The translations under genes and the position numbers were made by a program. Below the pieces are notes generated by a model that worked only from the letters and a program-made list of their open reading frames with translations, did not search any database and was not told the origin of the DNA. This document shows, piece by piece, positions 19,256 to 25,786 of a DNA stretch of 25,786 nt. Within the stretch, counting starts at the first letter, position 1. Every line of letters begins with the position of its first letter. This DNA is from a virus (lineage: Duplodnaviria; Caudoviricetes): positions 1 to 25,786 of IMG/VR virus record IMGVR_UViG_3300025018_000495. The stretch is one strand, 5' to 3'.

Positions 19256-19494
19256 TGATCTACGACCGTGAAGCCATCAAGAACGAGAAGATCCGGGTCT
19301 TTGATGCTGAAGGCCAACAGATCGAACGTCCTCTCCTCATCGACGACGTGCACAAGAGGGTATGGTCCCATCCCCTCCTACGGGGTTGCCCTAGCCCCGA
19401 AAACACCCAGGATGCTTTCTTGTCCAGGGTACGGGACTGGCAGGACGAGTGGGGGACGGTTGAGTCCACCTATACTCGGATGGAGAAGGGCTGA
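19255..19494 (+). CDS. Small hypothetical protein (79 aa) between the gpJ-like and gpI-like genes
   Basis: TGATG overlaps at both ends (19253-19257 and 19492-19496) tile the gap exactly. No motif recognised. Confidence 0.7.
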   Translation: MIYDREAIKNEKIRVFDAEGQQIERPLLIDDVHKRVWSHPLLRGCPSPENTQDAFLSRVRDWQDEWGTVESTYTRMEKG

Positions 19495-22400
19495 TGGCCG
19501 ACAAGCCCGCTGACAAGAATCTGCTTCCGAGCTTGCTGGTGCAGAACCCTTCCCCAGTGGGGGGAAGCGGGCAGGGCCGTATCAACACCCGGCGGGAGCA
19601 GGTGGACAGCATCATGTCTGTCTTCCTCCAGCTCCTCCCCTCGAACTACGTCTCACAGGTTCAGGGTCCCTTCTACACCATCCAGTTTCAAGCGGCGGCG
19701 GAGGCCATCGCAGATTTCCAGATCACCGCACAGGAAGCCTTCGCGGACTCCGACTATGACTACGTTCGCGGCGAGTTCCTGTTTCAGCTCCTTGGTAGCC
19801 TGGTGTTCCCGGATGCCACCACGGATGGGTTCCCGACCCTCAAAGGCGACCTGACCTATCGAGAGTTCCTCAAGCGGATGGTTCAGCTCCTGCTCCAGGG
19901 GGCAACGAAGTCCACCATCGAGGGCGGGCTTGAGCTGCTGTCGGCAGCCACGTTCACGGTCATCGAAAAGGCCCTTGAAGCTCGGAGCACCACGAGGAAG
20001 GTCTGGAACGCCACAACGGGGCGCTGGGAGATCCAGCCTGGTTCGGCATGGGGGCTGGACGACCAGTTCGAGTTCAAGATCAATGCCTCGTACACGGATC
20101 CTGACACGGGGCTGGAGCGGTTTCCTGAGGACCCCTACGTCCTTCAGGAGAACGTTCGCATCGTGATGCGGGCGTTGAAGCCCGCCCACACCTTGTATGA
20201 GTACCGGCACCTGTTCACGGAAGTCTTCGGGCAGTTCTTCTCCGCATCATCCTCTTGGGATCTGTCGAGCTACTACTACGAGGACTTCCGCAAGTTCTGT
20301 TGCGGGACCAAGCAAGTCTCTGGATCGGCTGGGATCACCTGGACTGATCGGACTCTGTTCAGCGACACCACTGTGGAGTTCGACCAGATCTCCGTTGGTG
20401 CCGATTTGGTGGTCCTCTCAGGACCCAACTCAATCCACATTGGTGGTCTGGAAGGTACAGGTGCCTCTACAGATTGGCGGCAGGTGGGCCGTTACCGGGT
20501 CAAGGACGTACTTGCGTTTCCTGTGGGTACGGATGCCACCGCGAGGGCATACACGACGGTTCCGAGCGGCCTATTGGGATTTGCTACGGTCACAGGAGAT
20601 GTGATTGAGGATGCAGACCAAAACTGGAGCTTGGCGGCCGAAGGGGAGGTGCTGACTTTTGCTACGGGACCCAATGCTGGGTCCTACCGGCTCAAGTGGG
20701 TGCAGGGAAATGACGGTGGCCCGGTGGGTGAAGCCGCAGGCCCCGGAACCCGAGTGCGGGTCGCTCTCTGCCTGCTTCGTCTCGACCGCCGGATGAAGGT
20801 TGCAACCACGGGCCAGCAGTTCACCGTCTCGGTGGACCGGCTCGGGGTACAAGAACCTCATCAGGTCACGGGAGAGGACGCCAGCCTGTTCTTCGTAGAG
20901 GATGGCTCCGGCGGTGTGCTGACCAGGGACCGGTTCCTCACCCAGCGAGGCCCTCTGGTCAAGAACTGGGGAGACGCCACGCCTGCTACCAAGCAGGATG
21001 TCACGGTGTGGGTGGATGGTCTTGAGGTCACAGTAGCCTCGGTCAACCCGTACATTGGTGAGATCGTCCTGGCGGTTCCGCTGGCTCTGACCCCACCGGG
21101 CACGGTCGTGGTCACGGTGGACTACGTCTGGTTCAAGTCTCCCATCATGGAGATGGCTGGGCTGAACACCCCGGGCCTGGTGCTGAACAAGTTCGACTGC
21201 CGCCACGGTCATCACGACCCCGCAGCACACGGTGACCAGAATCAGGTGCTGCCCGGCCAACCAGATTTCTGGGCCAACCCTGGGTTCCCGAAGGGGGCGG
21301 TTGACACCAGCCGGTTCCCGATGAACATCGTGCTGGGGCCAATTGATCGGGTTAAGCCCCTCTACATTGGCCACCGCTACCTGGGGTTTGAGCGGGCCTA
21401 CTCGGCCCTGATCAACAGCCCCACGACTCTGTTGCTCAATCAGGCCCCGGGGCGTGTCTCTGTGCCTGGGTTCGAGCGCTTTGTAGGGGGTGTCAGTGCC
21501 GCCTATGAGGGACTGGTCAAGCCTGTGGTCGCAGTGCCCGCTTGGGCTCTGGATGGCACGGACTACGGTGGGGTGAGCCACGACTCCGACACGGGTCTGG
21601 ACCTCGGGACCTACACCATCATCGACCCCTTATTGGGTGAGGTTCCCAATAGCTCGGCGACGACCTATCATCGAGGGCTCGACCTGACCTACCCATCGAG
21701 CATCAACTTGGTGGCTCGATTCCAGGTGGCCTCGGTCCTGTTCGATTCCGATCATCCCAATCCAGGCGGCCTGCCAACCACACCTACGACGGAGGGTGTG
21801 TTCACTGGGGTGGGCTTTGGCCTGCACGACAACCGATACCTCTACTTCTGTGGCATCCTGCGGGTGAATGGAGTTGAGCACGTTGGGCTCTTGCTCAACC
21901 CGAAGCGGCTCCATGAGTGGTCCGCCTGGGACATCGGCCCCCGAGCTATCTTGACGGCCTCCTCTCAGACGACGGGTGCTTTCCCCACCGTGCAGGTGCC
22001 GACGGGGTTCATCGTGGGCTCCCGGTTCCAGAGGATGGAAGGCACCCAGATCGGGGTCTACACCGCGACGTCCGTGACCGCCCAGAGCAATGGGACGACG
22101 ACGGTCGAGTTCACCCCGGCGTTGCCATCCCCCTGGGATGTTTTCGGCAACAAGTACACCGAGATGGTGTTCGAGACGCGGGCGAGCACCAAGCCGTTCA
22201 CCTACCGTATCGATCTGGACAACAGTCAGCAGCTTGCGGAGTTGCGGATCTCTGGTGAGACGGCGGGGGTGGTGGCAACCATCGACGGCAACGTCCCTGC
22301 CCTGCCCACCGCTTCGCAGACGACTCTGCTCCTTCCGCGAGAGATCGTGGGCCAGGTGTTCTGGGGCTCCCTGAGTCGCCAAGCAACCAGCCGGGCAACC

Positions 22401-25400
22401 TGGTCATTCTTGCGCTACGGTCTCATCCCGGATCAGGTGTTCTTGAAGGGCCATTCCGTCTCTGTGAACACCGAGATGACTGTCCTGCCGGATGACAACC
22501 CCATAGCGCCGTGGTGGCCCTCCACGATGTTCGGGGACACCACGGTGGGCTCGGGCTCCTTGCTCCTCAAGGCAACATCAACGGATGACGCCGTTCTGAT
22601 GGGGTTGGATTACACCCGGGTGGAGCCCTTCTTTGCCCCGGACTCCACCCTCGATTTCCAGGCTACGCTCCACATCGACACGGCCACGGATGGTTCTGGG
22701 TGTGTCGGGATCGACCTCGACGACACCAACCGTGTCGTCCGGGTTCGTGCCTTGCTCGTGCGGGAGAACTTCTCAGCGGATCCGACCCTCTACCGGAGCC
22801 TGGTGACTTTGCCACAGGTGAGCATGGCAGGGCTCGTGCCGCCGGAGCAGATGGACTGGGTTGCCGAGACGGGCTCCACCCTGACTGGGCTGCACGAAGG
22901 GGCTCAGTTCGTCACGCAGCAGGACGAGGACAATCGAGGACGATGGGAGGCTTTCCTCACCTGGGGAGTTGGCGGGGAGACCATCATCCAGGAGGATGAA
23001 GGCCGGATCCTGGAAACCAAGCTCGAAGTAGTGGCCGTGACTCCCAATGCTGCTGGGGACACGGGCATCGTGGTCGGCTGCCAGATGGTCGGGACCACGA
23101 CTCCTTATGCCGTGGTGCAGGTGGAGATTGCAGGGACCTCGGGCAACGAGGAGGTCCGTCTTCGGACGGCTTCGGGGGCCGTGGTTCAGGCGTATACGTT
23201 CGACTGGACGGGGGAGGTTCACACCTATCGTGTGCTGGCCGACCGTCTGCTGGATACGGTGACCCTGGTCATCGACGATGTGGTTCAGGCTCCTGCGGTG
23301 GCGTTCACCCTTTTCACAGGGGGCGTCAACAACACCCAGGCCTTCTTCGGTTGTTCTGGACGTGACCTCGCCAACCTCTATGACCCCGACATCACGGCGA
23401 CGGTGGAGTGGCATTACGCCCACGTCCACGCTCAGGCCCCTGCCGACCTGGTACGGACAGTGGGAGTTGTGCGGGGCATCAGCGAGCCCTTGGACCTCAC
23501 GGACATCAACAACTACGAGCTGCCCCGCACGGATGTCGCGACAGCTCCCAACTCATGGGCCACAGGACCGGCAATCGAGTGGTGGGACTGGCGGTCAGAC
23601 ATCACGTTGCGGGCATACCGTGACCCGACGTGGGGTGTCACCATCCTCCGGCCGGACATCCCCTTGGTTCCAGGGGTGGATCCACCTTGGTATTCGGCGG
23701 GCGACTCTGACAGAGGGCCTTCTGCTGGCTGGATCAACGTCGAGTATCGGGATCTCCCCCGCAGCCCTGGCAACAATCTTGGGTTGATCACCTGGGGGTC
23801 CATCAACTCACAGAACCTCTCTCAGTCCCGGTGGGACTGGGTACGTTACCAGCTCTTCAAGCACCCAACCGAGGACCGCATTGCCCCAGAGCATATGGTC
23901 CTCAACCAGTTCAACGTCATCACGAGTGGAGAGCTGGGGCAGGACCGTGCGTTGGAGACCGTCATCATCCAGACGATGGACACGACACGTCTGAGCTTGA
24001 TGCCCACACACCTCTACGCCAAGAGCGTGTACAAGGTCATCGACGGGTCCACGATCTGGACGAGCGACTACTGGAAATTCGACTCCCTTGCTCAGATCCT
24101 CACCCTCCAGCCGGATCCTTTGACTGGGGAGGTTCGGGAGTTCTCTGCGGAGCACGCCAACGTCACGGTGATGTTCTTGCCGGGTAAGCCGGTGACGAAC
24201 ACCTACCTGGCTCTCCAGCCTTTGCTCGATGGCGTCACCCTCCTCAACGAGGGGACCCCGCCGATTCCGAAGAGTCAGGTGGGCAACGCTGTGGTTTCCG
24301 TGGTGGACGGGGTGCTTACCTACACTGATGTGGCTGGGACCCATTACGAGGATCTGGAGTTCATTGAGGTCAGCAACGGCGGGTCCACAGGGCTTCTTGC
24401 GGCTATCTGCGAAGGTGGGCCGGGTACAGGGTTCTCAGGCCTGGCCACCGATGAAGGCGAAGACATCTACTCTCTGACGGGGCTTGGGGCACCTCTTGGT
24501 GGCGCGGGGTTCATGGCGAACCATTTCGCCACGGGAGCCAAAGTCGGCAAAGCCGTAGGGGCCGAGGTCTTTGCCTTTGAAGGCACGCAGTTCTGGCAGA
24601 AGGTGGTGACCCCCAAGGATGCGTCCTATGACCCCTCGGGCGGTCTTTTGTTTGCCTCTGGTGGCTCCTACGGGCTCGGTGGAGGGACTCTTGGACCGGG
24701 ATCGGCTCACCTCTACCCCAGCAAGCGTCGGTTGATTCCTGGGCAGGGAGTGGAGCAACAGGCGAGCATCAACCTGAAGCTCTCCGGGGTGACCTCGGGT
24801 GGGATTGCGGTCCCGCTGGTCGAGGACAACTCCGGGTCGATGTCGGACAAGCTCCAAGATTTCTACTTGGCCTACCCGGTCATCCCTGACCCCATCAGCC
24901 CCGACTTCGGTCTGGCTCCTGTTGAGGTCCACATCCCGGTGGCGGTAGCACCGGATCCGATTAGCCCGGACTTCGGGTTGGCCTCCCCCACCGTGGATGC
25001 TGTGTATCCCGATTTCTTCGTGGCCCCTTCGTTCAACGGTAGCAGTGCTGCTATGGCTCCCGATGGATCGGGCGGCTACTATGTTGGGGGGGCTTTCACC
25101 TCCGTCACCGATTCCGTCGGGACCTACGCCCGTAACCGGGTGTGTCACCTGGACAGCAACGGGCTGGTGACCTCCTGGGATCCTAACTGCGATCAAAACG
25201 TCTATTGTGTCGTTGTCGGTGTGGACGGGGTCTATGTGGGTGGCCGGTACACCACCATTGGTGGAGCCGCACGGTCGAACATTGCTCGAATCGATCCAAT
25301 CACCGGACTCGCTGATGTTTGGGACCCGGGCACCGATGGTTTTGGGGTCAATGCTGTTGCAGAGGATGGGAACGGCATCTATTTGGGAGGCTCTTTTGCG

Positions 25401-25786
25401 TTGGCAGGTGGAGCCGCCCGCAACTACATCGCCCGGATTGATAAAGTCACAGGCGTCGCCGACTCCTGGAACCCCAACGCATCCCAGAATATACAGCATA
25501 TGGTTGTAGATGCCGCCGGCATCTATACGGTTGGGTCTTTCACATCGATCGGAGGAGCAGTTCGTAACCGCATTGCTCGGCTGAGTCCCACTACAGGGTT
25601 GGCTGATTCGTGGAACCCCAATTCGAGTTATTCAACTCGCCGAATCATAGTGGACCCCACTGGGATCTACGTCATCGGGGACTTCGCCGCGATTGGCGCA
25701 GTATTCAGGAACCGGGTGGCTCGGATCGATGCCGTTACAGGATTGGCGGACTCCTGGGATCCGGATGCAGATGCTACACCGTTACA
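19494..25786 (+). CDS. Giant baseplate wedge protein: N-terminal gpI/gp48-like domain fused to lectin-like and beta-propeller domains (>=2097 aa, 3'-truncated)
   Basis: Absent from the ORF track, consistent with no stop before the window end. Manual translation from ATG 19494 gives MADKPADKNLLPSLL...LFQLLGSLVFP...DLTYREFLKRMVQLLLQGATKSTIEGGLELL...VMRALKPAHTLY. The YR...GAT...KPAH pattern is typical of P2 gpI/Mu gp48-type proteins. The same frame reads ...GLADSWDPDADATPL at the window end. GGAG at 19482-19485. Confidence 0.85.
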   Translation, partial: MADKPADKNLLPSLLVQNPSPVGGSGQGRINTRREQVDSIMSVFLQLLPSNYVSQVQGPFYTIQFQAAAEAIADFQITAQEAFADSDYDYVRGEFLFQLLGSLVFPDATTDGFPTLKGDLTYREFLKRMVQLLLQGATKSTIEGGLELLSAATFTVIEKALEARSTTRKVWNATTGRWEIQPGSAWGLDDQFEFKINASYTDPDTGLERFPEDPYVLQENVRIVMRALKPAHTLYEYRHLFTEVFGQFFSASSSWDLSSYYYEDFRKFCCGTKQVSGSAGITWTDRTLFSDTTVEFDQISVGADLVVLSGPNSIHIGGLEGTGASTDWRQVGRYRVKDVLAFPVGTDATARAYTTVPSGLLGFATVTGDVIEDADQNWSLAAEGEVLTFATGPNAGSYRLKWVQGNDGGPVGEAAGPGTRVRVALCLLRLDRRMKVATTGQQFTVSVDRLGVQEPHQVTGEDASLFFVEDGSGGVLTRDRFLTQRGPLVKNWGDATPATKQDVTVWVDGLEVTVASVNPYIGEIVLAVPLALTPPGTVVVTVDYVWFKSPIMEMAGLNTPGLVLNKFDCRHGHHDPAAHGDQNQVLPGQPDFWANPGFPKGAVDTSRFPMNIVLGPIDRVKPLYIGHRYLGFERAYSALINSPTTLLLNQAPGRVSVPGFERFVGGVSAAYEGLVKPVVAVPAWALDGTDYGGVSHDSDTGLDLGTYTIIDPLLGEVPNSSATTYHRGLDLTYPSSINLVARFQVASVLFDSDHPNPGGLPTTPTTEGVFTGVGFGLHDNRYLYFCGILRVNGVEHVGLLLNPKRLHEWSAWDIGPRAILTASSQTTGAFPTVQVPTGFIVGSRFQRMEGTQIGVYTATSVTAQSNGTTTVEFTPALPSPWDVFGNKYTEMVFETRASTKPFTYRIDLDNSQQLAELRISGETAGVVATIDGNVPALPTASQTTLLLPREIVGQVFWGSLSRQATSRATWSFLRYGLIPDQVFLKGHSVSVNTEMTVLPDDNPIAPWWPSTMFGDTTVGSGSLLLKATSTDDAVLMGLDYTRVEPFFAPDSTLDFQATLHIDTATDGSGCVGIDLDDTNRVVRVRALLVRENFSADPTLYRSLVTLPQVSMAGLVPPEQMDWVAETGSTLTGLHEGAQFVTQQDEDNRGRWEAFLTWGVGGETIIQEDEGRILETKLEVVAVTPNAAGDTGIVVGCQMVGTTTPYAVVQVEIAGTSGNEEVRLRTASGAVVQAYTFDWTGEVHTYRVLADRLLDTVTLVIDDVVQAPAVAFTLFTGGVNNTQAFFGCSGRDLANLYDPDITATVEWHYAHVHAQAPADLVRTVGVVRGISEPLDLTDINNYELPRTDVATAPNSWATGPAIEWWDWRSDITLRAYRDPTWGVTILRPDIPLVPGVDPPWYSAGDSDRGPSAGWINVEYRDLPRSPGNNLGLITWGSINSQNLSQSRWDWVRYQLFKHPTEDRIAPEHMVLNQFNVITSGELGQDRALETVIIQTMDTTRLSLMPTHLYAKSVYKVIDGSTIWTSDYWKFDSLAQILTLQPDPLTGEVREFSAEHANVTVMFLPGKPVTNTYLALQPLLDGVTLLNEGTPPIPKSQVGNAVVSVVDGVLTYTDVAGTHYEDLEFIEVSNGGSTGLLAAICEGGPGTGFSGLATDEGEDIYSLTGLGAPLGGAGFMANHFATGAKVGKAVGAEVFAFEGTQFWQKVVTPKDASYDPSGGLLFASGGSYGLGGGTLGPGSAHLYPSKRRLIPGQGVEQQASINLKLSGVTSGGIAVPLVEDNSGSMSDKLQDFYLAYPVIPDPISPDFGLAPVEVHIPVAVAPDPISPDFGLASPTVDAVYPDFFVAPSFNGSSAAMAPDGSGGYYVGGAFTSVTDSVGTYARNRVCHLDSNGLVTSWDPNCDQNVYCVVVGVDGVYVGGRYTTIGGAARSNIARIDPITGLADVWDPGTDGFGVNAVAEDGNGIYLGGSFALAGGAARNYIARIDKVTGVADSWNPNASQNIQHMVVDAAGIYTVGSFTSIGGAVRNRIARLSPTTGLADSWNPNSSYSTRRIIVDPTGIYVIGDFAAIGAVFRNRVARIDAVTGLADSWDPDADATPL
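24885..24983 (+). repeat. Protein-level direct repeat PDPISPDFGLA x2 (22-codon period)
   Basis: 24885-24917 and 24951-24983 encode an identical 11-aa peptide with mostly different synonymous codons. Confidence 0.9.
25040..25786 (+). repeat. At least five 48-49 aa beta-propeller-blade-like repeats (delta-60/DUF5122-like)
   Basis: Consensus G-[IV]-Y-[VL]-G-G-x-F-x-x-I-G-G-x-x-R-N-x-I-A-R-I-D-x-x-T-G-L-A-D-S-W-[DN]-P. The conserved Trp codons at 25176, 25320, 25467, 25611 and 25755 are spaced 144/147/144/144 nt. The family name comes from motif recall. Confidence 0.85.

Larger units (their letters stand above)
1..25786 (+). other. Contractile-tail structural (baseplate) operon segment, probably from a large or jumbo myovirus-like phage
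   Basis: Single-strand, translationally coupled gene run with a gp25-J-I-like wedge module, very large unknown genes and no recognisable housekeeping gene. Phage versus contractile injection system cannot be resolved within the window. Confidence 0.65.

Noticed and set aside
19653-25509. The many short ORFs the track lists after 19494
   Set aside because: All lie inside the single long + strand frame starting at 19494, which the track omits, apparently because it has no stop within the window.
1-25786. Alternative genetic code (stop-codon reassignment as in some large phages)
   Set aside because: Genes are full length under the standard bacterial code, and both TGA and TAG act as stops at sensible junctions.
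25040-25786. Terminal repeats as a CRISPR array or diversity-generating retroelement target
   Set aside because: The repeats are conserved at protein level only. There are no identical DNA repeats with spacers, no adenine-specific template/variable pair that I can see, and no reverse transcriptase in the window.

Overview
GC-rich (about 63% in a hand-counted sample), almost fully coding window with eight co-oriented + strand genes joined mostly by overlapping stop/start codons. Only two intergenic gaps exist, of 10 and 46 nt. The right half is a recognisable contractile-tail baseplate wedge module in the order gp25/gpW-like (14589-15764), gpJ/gp47-like (15764-19255), a 79-aa unknown ORF, then a gpI/gp48-like protein. 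That last gene starts at 19494, runs off the window after at least 2097 codons and is missing from the supplied ORF track. Every wedge subunit is several times longer than its P2-type counterpart because of nested beta-rich insertions. The gpI-like protein ends in lectin-like and beta-propeller repeats. The left half holds four genes I cannot assign: a 5'-truncated giant of more than 3450 aa, an 80-aa coiled coil, a 1002-aa protein with helical, pseudo-repeated ends, and a 300-aa protein. The giant and the 1002-aa protein share accessory modules with the wedge proteins. The best interpretation is a structural operon of a large or jumbo myovirus-like phage. A cellular contractile injection system cannot be excluded, because no capsid, sheath, tube or host gene lies in the window. 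All calls rest on motif recognition by eye, with no database searches.
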